Origin: a virus
Strand: one strand, 5' to 3'
Virus record (IMG/VR): IMGVR_UViG_3300045988_111426
DNA length: 64,000 nt
The translations under genes were made by a program, and so were the position numbers. The notes below the pieces were generated by a model. The model had not been told where the DNA came from. It ran no database searches and saw only the letters and a program-made list of their open reading frames with translations. Shown here piece by piece: positions 29,418 to 36,658 of this stretch (positions are counted from its first letter, which is position 1; each line of letters opens with the position of its first letter).

Positions 29418-30143
29418 TTATCTTAGGATTTCACACTCTCCAGTCTCGGTATCCAAGATGAATGCTTCGTGTTGATTAGAATCTGTGAAATAGAGGTTCT
29501 TACCATTGTCCATAGTCACACGATTAGAATCGATATTCGAGAAATCGAAAGCAGTATGACCAACTATTTGGTGATAATCTCCGTAAGGGTTTTCCGAGAG
29601 AGCATTTGGTCGAATCCAGATTGGAGACTGATGAATGTTGTCACCATATTGCGATGTTGTCCGTTCATCTTTTCGGAACTCGACAATCCTTGGAGATTGC
29701 TTGAACACACCATTGATATCTTCGACACTTGAATCTTCTCCAACCATTTCCTTGAACCAAGTCTCGGAGACCCCAGCATGAGAGAAAAGATAACCGTCAG
29801 ATTCATAGGAGAGAACCAAAGTTCCTCGATCTACAAGCTCATCAAGGAGACTTCCTACAAGGACAAATGTCGTGGTGGAAAATCCGCTGTATCTTCCCAT
29901 GCAAAACTTTGTATAGTGGAAGTCATGGTTTCCGATAAGCATTATGACTTTTTCCACTCCAATAGATTCTCGAAGAGCGAGGATCTTCTTGAAGTTCTCT
30001 GAAGCCACCTGCGCAGAGACTTTCTTGAATGAATCGAAATAGTCCCCCATAAAAACGATCTTCTCGACACTGTCTTTGTTTTTTTGAACATGTTCTATCC
30101 AAAAGTCGCTTTCGTGAATGTCACCAATTATGAGAATCTTCAT
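29418..30143 (-). CDS. calcineurin-like metallophosphoesterase (Ser/Thr phosphatase type)
   Basis: Motifs GDIHE, GDYFD, GNHD, SHAG and VGHT in canonical order. Confidence 0.75.
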   Translation of the reverse strand: MKILIIGDIHESDFWIEHVQKNKDSVEKIVFMGDYFDSFKKVSAQVASENFKKILALRESIGVEKVIMLIGNHDFHYTKFCMGRYSGFSTTTFVLVGSLLDELVDRGTLVLSYESDGYLFSHAGVSETWFKEMVGEDSSVEDINGVFKQSPRIVEFRKDERTTSQYGDNIHQSPIWIRPNALSENPYGDYHQIVGHTAFDFSNIDSNRVTMDNGKNLYFTDSNQHEAFILDTETGECEILR

Positions 30144-30230
30144 TTATCGTCTAATCGTTGTTTATTGATTGTCTTTACCTATCTGCATTATCTTATAGCA
30201 GATAAACAACAAAACATTTCTTCAGAAAGT

Positions 30231-31880
30231 ATGAAAAAATTGAGGACTGTAGGTTCTTCGGCTATATTCGACATAGAGAAATCGCCAATGGAGATCGAGT
30301 ATGTTATGGAGAAGGTTGAAGGTGAAAACTCATCTTCCTTGCTTCTCCGAGACTTTACGACTTCTTCCGATGGGAAAAATTGGGATTCGTGGAAATCGTA
30401 TAACAGAGATTCTCTTGTCGGTGTTCACGGAAAACATATCAAAGTCAGATACTCTCTTGTGGAGAACTTCTTGGGATCGACTATATCGATCGAGAAACCA
30501 CTAATCAAGTACAAATCTCCACAGACCACTTTTATAGATCAAGGAGAATCGTTCCTGCTGTCTGGTGTGGATTCACTTGCTGATTATTCTCGAATGTCAA
30601 TAGGTCTTCAGAAATTGGAGATCGACATGAACTATTACATCCAGCAACATTCAGCGGTGAGTGTTAAGTATTGGCACACAAATCCAGATCTGAAGTCCAA
30701 AGATGAGTTCTTAAGAGAATATTCTCTGCAGAATGTCGTCGACATGAAGATCTTAAAAGTTGTCTTGAAAGACAACCAGATCCCAGAACCTAAGCATGAG
30801 TTCTCACAATGGGGGATCGAGTTTGAAAAACTGGAAGTTTACTTTGAGAAGACCTATTTCGAAGAAGTGTTTGGGATAAAAGAAGAACCAAGAAAAATGG
30901 ACTACCTTTACTTCTCGGAGATTAACAGAATGTACATGATCCAAGACGTTTATCTCAATCATGGGATAGGTGAACATGGAAGCTTCTATGTTTGTACAAT
31001 CAAGAAGTATGAAGACATGACGAATGTCGACAAAAGGGATGATGATCTTGAGTTCTTAAAAGAACACGTGAAGATTGACGATTATTCAGATGAACAAATA
31101 GACGAAATGGAAGACATGCAGAACACGAAGCAAAATCTGGACAACGTAGGGGTTGATGATCTTCTTCATTCAGAGTTTGATCCAAGTCTTGTTAAATCTG
31201 AAAGATGTGATTATGATAACAATGGGAACTCACTTGGAAAGTTCATCTACGACATGTCAGTAGGGAAAACTGGAGAAACAGCTATCAAATACCTCCCGAG
31301 AGTTCATTCACGGCAGGGGATTTCCTTCATGTTCTGGATAGAACTTCTCGACGACAGTCTTTCGAAAGTGATCAATGTAGATGGGAAACCATTCTCAATT
31401 TCCGTTTCAACAAAGAACATAGTCGTCAGTGGTGAACATTCGTTCTCTTTGGAAATTGATCTTGAGCGGAGAAAGTTCTATTGTGTTGTCATAGGAATCA
31501 ACAATGAACACCACTTTATGAGGTTCAATATCTATCAAGTAAACGATGGAGATTCAACAATTCTCAAGAGTGTCTTCGACCATACAGAACCAATGGAGAA
31601 GGTCATGAAACTTCTGTACAGAGAAAGGTCATCTGTTTTGGAGATTGATGGACAAGTCGCACTAATTACTGGGAAATACGCCATTCGACAGATTCGAATC
31701 GCAAATCACGAAGTTGATGAAACTTACCATTCTTACATTATGTCGAAACAAATGGTGAAGACACCTTCGAAGTTCTTCATAATCGATGATTGTCGTGATC
31801 CATTGAACTTGGATAAAAAGTCAAGATCACTTTTCAGAGAAATCAACGAAAGTTTCCTTAAAAGAAGAACCATTCACTAA
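30231..31880 (+). CDS. hypothetical large protein
   Basis: Track ORF 30084..31880 trimmed to the ATG at 30231 (MKKLRTVG...). The longer form overlaps the phosphatase gene. Confidence 0.55.
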   Translation: MKKLRTVGSSAIFDIEKSPMEIEYVMEKVEGENSSSLLLRDFTTSSDGKNWDSWKSYNRDSLVGVHGKHIKVRYSLVENFLGSTISIEKPLIKYKSPQTTFIDQGESFLLSGVDSLADYSRMSIGLQKLEIDMNYYIQQHSAVSVKYWHTNPDLKSKDEFLREYSLQNVVDMKILKVVLKDNQIPEPKHEFSQWGIEFEKLEVYFEKTYFEEVFGIKEEPRKMDYLYFSEINRMYMIQDVYLNHGIGEHGSFYVCTIKKYEDMTNVDKRDDDLEFLKEHVKIDDYSDEQIDEMEDMQNTKQNLDNVGVDDLLHSEFDPSLVKSERCDYDNNGNSLGKFIYDMSVGKTGETAIKYLPRVHSRQGISFMFWIELLDDSLSKVINVDGKPFSISVSTKNIVVSGEHSFSLEIDLERRKFYCVVIGINNEHHFMRFNIYQVNDGDSTILKSVFDHTEPMEKVMKLLYRERSSVLEIDGQVALITGKYAIRQIRIANHEVDETYHSYIMSKQMVKTPSKFFIIDDCRDPLNLDKKSRSLFREINESFLKRRTIH

Positions 31881-31909
31881 ACGAAGAGACTTATCAACTA
31901 AAAAGAAGA

Positions 31910-31945
31910 ATGTGGGGAGAAGATGTTCGAAACTTCTCCCCACAT
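31910..31945 (+). terminator. hairpin
   Basis: ATGTGGGGAGAAG / CTTCTCCCCACAT. Confidence 0.6.
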
Positions 31946-32028
31946 CTGTATTCAAACATTGACCTTCCAGTCATATTCAGAAAAATTGACTGGAAAAATG
32001 ACTGGAAATGTGTTATTAAACTATCACA

Positions 32029-32131
32029 TTAAAGGAAGGTACTTTCCTTGCACTCGAAATAGCCCGAGAATATGAAAATAGCGGAAAATGGATCAGAGTT
32101 CAAGGAAAGTACCAAGGAAAGCCAAGGAGAG
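32029..32131 (+). repeat. dispersed hairpin element, copy A
   Basis: GGTACTTTCCTTG at 32038, core GAATATGAAAATAGCGGAAA, and CAAGGAAAGTACC at 32101 followed by AAGGAAAGCCAAGGAGAG. Confidence 0.85.
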
Positions 32132-32180
32132 GTATTCCGTGAGACTATGGGTCATCGTCCGAAGGCAATAGACCATTTCG

Positions 32181-32275
32181 AAGGATTATGGAAGACTATG
32201 GAAGACTATGAAAGACAATGACGATTGTTGAAAGACAACGGAGGATTATCAAAGGATTATGAAGAGACAATAGTT
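32181..32275 (+). repeat. 10-bp-phased degenerate repeat array
   Basis: aaggattatg|gaagactatg|gaagactatg|aaagacaatg|acgattgttg|aaagacaacg|gaggattatc. The units stay in register with the 10-nt blocks of the listing. Confidence 0.75.
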
Positions 32276-32286
32276 CTGATTTGTTA

Positions 32287-32392
32287 ATTAAGACGAGGTA
32301 CTTTCCTTGCGCTCTGAGATATTCAAGAATATGAAAATAGCGGAGACTATACTCGAGTTCAAGGAAAGTACCTTCCTGTAATCAGGAGACAT
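32287..32392 (+). repeat. dispersed hairpin element, copy B
   Basis: GGTACTTTCCTTG at 32297 and CAAGGAAAGTACC at 32360, then TTCCTGTAATCAGGAGAC. Confidence 0.85.
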
Positions 32393-32399
32393 ATTCTCG

Positions 32400-32580
32400 A
32401 GGATTATGGGTTTCTGTCGGAAGACAATCAAAGACAATGACTGATTATGGAAAGACAATGATGATCATCAAAGGACTATTGAAAGACAATGACTAATCAT
32501 CGAATACTATGAACGATAATCGGAAGACAATGAAGGATTATCAAAGGATTATTGAAAGAAAATGGCTAAAAATGGTCGAA
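32400..32580 (+). repeat. 10-bp-phased degenerate repeat array
   Basis: aagacaatca|aagacaatga|ctgattatgg|aaagacaatg|atgatcatca|aaggactatt|gaaagacaat|gactaatcat|... Confidence 0.75.
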
Positions 32581-32685
32581 TTAAAGAGAGGTACTTTCCT
32601 TGTCCTCGAAGACATTCAGTGGGGTAGAAATAGCGTCAAATAGATCAGAGCGCAAGGAAAGTACCTTCCTGTAATCAGAAGAGGT
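32581..32685 (+). repeat. dispersed hairpin element, copy C
   Basis: TTAAAGAGAGGTACTTTCCTTG at 32581 and CAAGGAAAGTACC at 32653, then TTCCTGTAATCAGAAGAG. Confidence 0.85.
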
Positions 32686-32699
32686 ATTCTGTTGAATGG

Positions 32700-33290
32700 T
32701 GGGTTTCTGTCGGAAGACAATGACTATTGTCAATGACTATGGAAAGACAATCGACTATGGAAAGACAATAGAGGATCGTGAAAAGATCATCAAAGACTTT
32801 GAAAGACAATCAAAGACAATAGCTGATTCTTTGAAGACTTTGGAATCTATTGATTAATCATTGAAAAGATCATCACTTCTTTGAAAATTTCTCTAAAGAT
32901 TGATTGATAGACTGATGACTTTTGTCTGAATCATAGATTTCCGCCCCTTTAATGATAATCGTTTTGAAGACAAAAGATGATCGTTAAATGGTTTTATTGT
33001 GGACGAGGATTGTTGAAAATCAAAATCAGTCTTTTTTGAATCCCAGAATAGACCAGAACAATTGAAAGAGACCATTGATGATTCCCGAGATATTTATGAT
33101 TCTTGGAAAGACTATGATTCTTGGAAAGACAATGGAGGATTATTCAAAGAGAGATTGAAATTGAAAGATAATCATTCCAAGAACGGAGATTTGTTAAGAA
33201 TTGTTAACTGATTTTGAATGGAAAGTTGAAAATTGGAGGATTCATCAGACAGATAATCATACAGATAATCAGATTATCCTCGGAATTTGC
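32700..33290 (+). repeat. extended degenerate repeat field (GAAAGACAAT / GACTATGG / GATTATC family)
   Basis: The same short units recur throughout, and no protein-like ORF is present. Confidence 0.6.
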
Positions 33291-33372
33291 CGACAAACCG
33301 TGCGTATACACGAAACTTTAAAAAAACGCGCGAATTCCCGTGTATACCCGTATACGCATGCGGTATTTTTTT

Positions 33373-33497
33373 CCAGTTTTATCGTAAATACAAAGTATTT
33401 ACAACTGGTTTGGGGTCAGCCTTGGCACGATAGTGCCAAGCCAGGCTGCCCCAAACCATACATTGAGCGCAGAAACATGTCGTGCGCATGTTTTTAA
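33373..33497 (+). ncRNA. candidate small structured RNA or DNA structure at the centre of the palindromic region
   Basis: Three consecutive hairpins: CCAGTT..GTAAATAC/GTATTTAC..AACTGG (33373-33408), GGTTTGGGGTCAGCC..TGGCAC/GTGCCA..GGCTGCCCCAAACC (33407-33457), and AAACATG/CATGTTT plus a T-run (33473-33495). Confidence 0.3.
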
Positions 33498-33714
33498 ATT
33501 TCCAGTTTAAACCAAAAGTACCAGGTGCGTGTTAGGGAACTTTAAAAAAACGCATGCGTGAAACTCCAAAAAAAGCGCACGCACGCAAAAAACTTTAAAA
33601 AAGACCTGTGTCAAATCCCCCGAACAGATTAACACCTTTTAACACCTTAAAACCGATATTCTCTTTCCAAGATATTCCTCCCATAAGCCACAGAGACCAT
33701 AACCCTCGAAAATA

Positions 33715-33820
33715 TGTCTCCTTGGCTTTCCTTGGTACTTTCCTTGAACTCGAGTATAGTCTCCGCTATTTTCATATTCTCAGATATCTCAGAGCGCAAG
33801 GAAAGTACCTTCCTTTAATT
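33715..33820 (-). repeat. dispersed hairpin element, copy B' (reverse complement of copy B)
   Basis: GGTACTTTCCTTG at 33734, core in reverse (TCCGCTATTTTCATATTC), and CAAGGAAAGTACC at 33797. Confidence 0.85.
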
Positions 33821-33824
33821 CAAT

Positions 33825-33960
33825 TATTTTCGATCATTGTCTCGATAGTCATTGATGATCTTCCATTGTCCTTCATTATTGTCATAGTCTTTTGATAATC
33901 CTTGGAAATAACCATTGTTTTCGGAAGATGATTCATAAACCTCAAAAATGTTCAGAATCG
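33825..33960 (-). repeat. mirrored degenerate repeat array
   Basis: CATTGTC / CATAGTC / GATAATCC units, which are reverse complements of the left-arm units. Confidence 0.65.
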
Positions 33961-34004
33961 ATATTCCCATGTGAACCGAGGAGACCATAATAATCAGAAA
34001 ATAC

Positions 34005-34107
34005 TCTCCTTGGCTTTCCTTGGTACTTTCCTTGCGCTCTGATCTATTTTCCGCTATTTTCATATTCTTGAACCTCTCAGAGCGCAAGGAAAGTACCTCT
34101 CTTTAAA
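34005..34107 (-). repeat. dispersed hairpin element, copy A' (reverse complement of copy A)
   Basis: CTCCTTGGCTTTCCTTGGTACTTTCCTTGCGCTCTGA ... TCAGAGCGCAAGGAAAGTACCTCTCTTTAAAG, with a 21-bp perfect stem. Confidence 0.85.
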
Positions 34108-34173
34108 GCGTATCAATTGATAATACACTTTAACACATTTCTTCAATCTTCAATCATCCCTCAAACAACAATC

Positions 34174-34235
34174 CGCCAATCTCCGATGAATTGGTTCTTT
34201 TTGATAAAAAAGAACCAATTCATCGGAGATTGGCG
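34174..34235. terminator. 29-bp perfect hairpin followed by a T-run
   Basis: CGCCAATCTCCGATGAATTGGTTCTTTTT gata AAAAAGAACCAATTCATCGGAGATTGGCG TTTTT. Confidence 0.55.
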
Positions 34236-34381
34236 TTTTTGGCATTAATAACTGTGATGGTCGTGAATAGCTTCCAATAATCCTCCAAAATCATCAATAA
34301 TCATCATTGAAACTAACATCTTGACATTCACAATAAGAACACCGAAGCAATCATTCAGAAGAGATTGTTTAAGGTTGGTTC

Positions 34382-34454
34382 GATTTCATAGCTCAACAGG
34401 TAGAGCACTGCACTTTTAATGCAGGGGTTGTGGGTTCGATCCCCACTGGAATCA
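34382..34454 (+). tRNA. tRNA-Lys (anticodon TTT)
   Basis: Hand-folded cloverleaf: acceptor GATTTCA/TGGAATC, D-arm GCTCAACAGGTAGAGC, anticodon stem CTGCA/TGCAG with loop CTTTTAA, T-arm GTGGGTTCGATCCCCAC. Confidence 0.85.
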
Positions 34455-34475
34455 CAAAAAAGAACAAGAAACACA

Positions 34476-35021
34476 ATGCAAATCTTCGAAGATTACAAAT
34501 TGGTGACTTTCTTCACTGGTTCGGACATTTTTAGCAACTTCTATAAGTCTGAGATCGATTATAATGGGATGACTTTCCATTGCGGTGAATCGTTGTTCAT
34601 GTTCTTGAAAGCGAAGTACTTCGGTGATGAAGATATCGCAATGGAAATCCTCAAGAACTCTGATAGTCCTCGTTTTTGTAAAGAGCTTGGAAGACTTGTT
34701 CGAAACTTCGAAGATGGAAAATGGTCATCTGTCAGATATGACGTGATGCTCTTTGTAGTTCTCATGAAGCTAAGATCTTCCAAGACAATCAGAGATCACT
34801 ACACACAACTGATAGATGAAGGTTATGAGTTTGTAGAAGCCAGTCCTTATGACAAAATCTGGGGGTGTGGACTTGCAGAAAATGATCTTCGTATCTTGGA
34901 CAAATCAAAGTGGAGAGGATCGAATCTTCTTGGTACGGTTTACAACAATGTTCACGAGATTCTGGATAATGATTCATTGAGAGATCTTTCGGATGTTTTT
35001 GGATACAGTAAAACGTTCTAA
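34476..35021 (+). CDS. NADAR (DUF1768/YbiA-like) domain protein
   Basis: FFTGSDIFSNFY...GMTFHCGESLFMFLKAKYFGD...KIWGCGL. Track ORF trimmed to the ATG at 34476, because the longer form starts inside the tRNA. Confidence 0.65.
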   Translation: MQIFEDYKLVTFFTGSDIFSNFYKSEIDYNGMTFHCGESLFMFLKAKYFGDEDIAMEILKNSDSPRFCKELGRLVRNFEDGKWSSVRYDVMLFVVLMKLRSSKTIRDHYTQLIDEGYEFVEASPYDKIWGCGLAENDLRILDKSKWRGSNLLGTVYNNVHEILDNDSLRDLSDVFGYSKTF

Positions 35022-35090
35022 AAACGTCTTTTATAAGATTTCTGAAAAGGTTCATTAATTAATAATCACTCTTTGTTCAATTGAACAAAT

Positions 35091-35164
35091 GTTCCAATAG
35101 CTCAGTCGGTAAGAGCAACTGACTCATAATCAGTAGGTCGTAGGTTCAATCCCTACTTGGAACA
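35091..35164 (+). tRNA. tRNA with CAT anticodon (Met, or Ile2 if lysidinylated)
   Basis: Acceptor GTTCCAA/TTGGAAC, D-arm GCTCAGTCGGTAAGAGC, anticodon loop CTCATAA, T-arm GTAGGTTCAATCCCTAC. Confidence 0.85.
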
Positions 35165-35177
35165 CTCAAGAAAAAAT

Positions 35178-36182
35178 ATGAACAATCTGGAAAAGGGTTC
35201 AATCTCAAATCTCATCATGCATAACACAGCTCCCTCTTGTTATGATGTTTTTGTTGCAAACGATGAGGTGGAAATTGGTGAAGGGAAAACTGTCTCTCGA
35301 AAAGCAGTTTTCCATGTGGAGACACCACGTTCATTGGGTGATGAAAATGAACTGTCTATCGACTGCACAGAAGAGACCATGACTGGGAATGAGGATGTCT
35401 ATTATAAGACCTATCTGTATGAAGGTGGTAAGTACATTGATAGGTCAGAGAAACTACATGATGATGTTTATGAATGTGTTTCCTATGCTATGCGAAAGAT
35501 CTTTGAGAGATGCAAGGAACACAGTGATAAATTCACCCCAGAGTTTGACTTCGAAATCCAATATGCAAGTTATGATAACGACGACGATTGTGTCCGCTGG
35601 ATCTCTGCTGTAACACCTTGTGATGAAAGCACAATCCTTGGATATGTCAATGTAGGATATAGGACTGTTGCACACCGCATCTGCAATGCATACCAAACAA
35701 TCAATAGCCACTTCGATAAATCAACACAAGATTGCGTTACTCCACATATCGGTTTATATGAATCCATCATATTTTATAGAAGGCTCTATGATGGAAAATG
35801 GGGAGATTACACAGATTCAGACAGACCTAAAGTGAACCTCAATGCATATCTGAAGAAGTCCACCATCACTGATGATATAATCTTAACATGTTACGGATGT
35901 CTAGGGATTGGCGGAAAGATAAAAGATTTTCATCATAATCTAGGCGAAGATCATAACAATGCTGTTTCCGAAGCATGTAATATCATCACCCATCATATCC
36001 TCAATGAATACTTCTTCTCATCCCCTCCAAGGATGATTATCAGATCAATCGAGAAGTATAAACACATGGTGACTTTTGAAGGTGTGGATATTGGTTATTT
36101 CTTGTTTGCAAGAAGAGAAGATGCGATCACCTTCTTGACCTTCTTCGGGACGGCGGTTAGAAATCAGTTAGAGAAACAATAA
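35178..36182 (+). CDS. hypothetical protein
   Basis: Track ORF trimmed to the ATG at 35178 (MNNLEKG...). The longer form starts in the tRNA. Confidence 0.55.
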   Translation: MNNLEKGSISNLIMHNTAPSCYDVFVANDEVEIGEGKTVSRKAVFHVETPRSLGDENELSIDCTEETMTGNEDVYYKTYLYEGGKYIDRSEKLHDDVYECVSYAMRKIFERCKEHSDKFTPEFDFEIQYASYDNDDDCVRWISAVTPCDESTILGYVNVGYRTVAHRICNAYQTINSHFDKSTQDCVTPHIGLYESIIFYRRLYDGKWGDYTDSDRPKVNLNAYLKKSTITDDIILTCYGCLGIGGKIKDFHHNLGEDHNNAVSEACNIITHHILNEYFFSSPPRMIIRSIEKYKHMVTFEGVDIGYFLFARREDAITFLTFFGTAVRNQLEKQ

Positions 36183-36195
36183 AAATACCAACAAA

Positions 36196-36411
36196 ATGTT
36201 TCGATTAATTCTCATAGACAAAGGCAGGGCACCTCTTCAAGTTATAAAGTGCCTAATGGATCATCTTCGTATTTCACTTAGCTTCGCTATGGAACTTGTT
36301 CGTCAGAATGAACCAGTTCTTTATGAAACGGAAGATAAGCAGGACATCCTTGATCTTGAGGAAAAGTTGAAGAAGTTTTGCGCTGTTACAAAAATCGTAA
36401 ACGACAATTAG
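36196..36411 (+). CDS. ribosomal protein bL12 (L7/L12) C-terminal-domain-like protein
   Basis: 71 aa. FRLILIDKG..LQVIKCLMDHLRISLSFAMELVRQNEP.LYE..DKQDILDLEEKLKKFCAVTKI aligns position for position with E. coli L7/L12 CTD ([61 protein letters not shown]). Confidence 0.5.
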   Translation: MFRLILIDKGRAPLQVIKCLMDHLRISLSFAMELVRQNEPVLYETEDKQDILDLEEKLKKFCAVTKIVNDN

Positions 36412-36418
36412 ACGAGTT

Positions 36419-36643
36419 ATGCTTGAAGAATATGAACAGAGGAGACGGAAAGCTCTGAAGAGCTATGAAAGGTTCAAAGAGGTCACTTTGAAGCAACTCG
36501 ATTTCATCCAGTCTCTGGAATTTGAGAAGTTGTCACCAGATGAGAAGTTCTTTCAGCAGACTAAGTACGAATACATGCACGGCTATCTTCGCTGTCTGAG
36601 ACTGGAATTCGATAGGATCTTAGCAGAAGAAAAAGATCTGTAA
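36419..36643 (+). CDS. hypothetical protein
   Basis: Track ORF of 74 aa. Confidence 0.45.
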   Translation: MLEEYEQRRRKALKSYERFKEVTLKQLDFIQSLEFEKLSPDEKFFQQTKYEYMHGYLRCLRLEFDRILAEEKDL

Positions 36644-36658
36644 TGGTTGATCATAAGC

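Noticed and set aside
32100-34087. Small ORFs that start at the conserved ATGG after each hairpin module (12, 17, 24, 53 and 54 codons), plus track ORFs 32893..33075, 33201..33497, 33608..33895 and 33824..34087.
   Set aside because: Lengths and sequences are not conserved between modules. The underlying repeats have a ~10-bp period that is incompatible with codon constraint. Several use TTG/GTG starts or run through hairpins. I cannot fully exclude translation of a micro-peptide.
32029-34107. CRISPR array interpretation of the regularly recurring repeats.
   Set aside because: The repeats are ~100 bp with internal 13-21-bp stems and are spaced irregularly (258 and 294 bp). They occur in both orientations, and the intervening sequence is itself repetitive. 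There are no cas genes in the window.
34419-35177. Long N-terminal forms of ORFs 34419..35021 and 35157..36182.
   Set aside because: Both start inside tRNA genes. In-frame ATGs at 34476 and 35178 give sensible N-termini.
36641-36658. TTGAT just upstream of the tnpB ATG as the ISDra2-type target-adjacent motif marking the left end.
   Set aside because: Only 7 nt would remain for a left-end hairpin. A 5-mer match is expected by chance, and the element ends cannot be defined from one copy.
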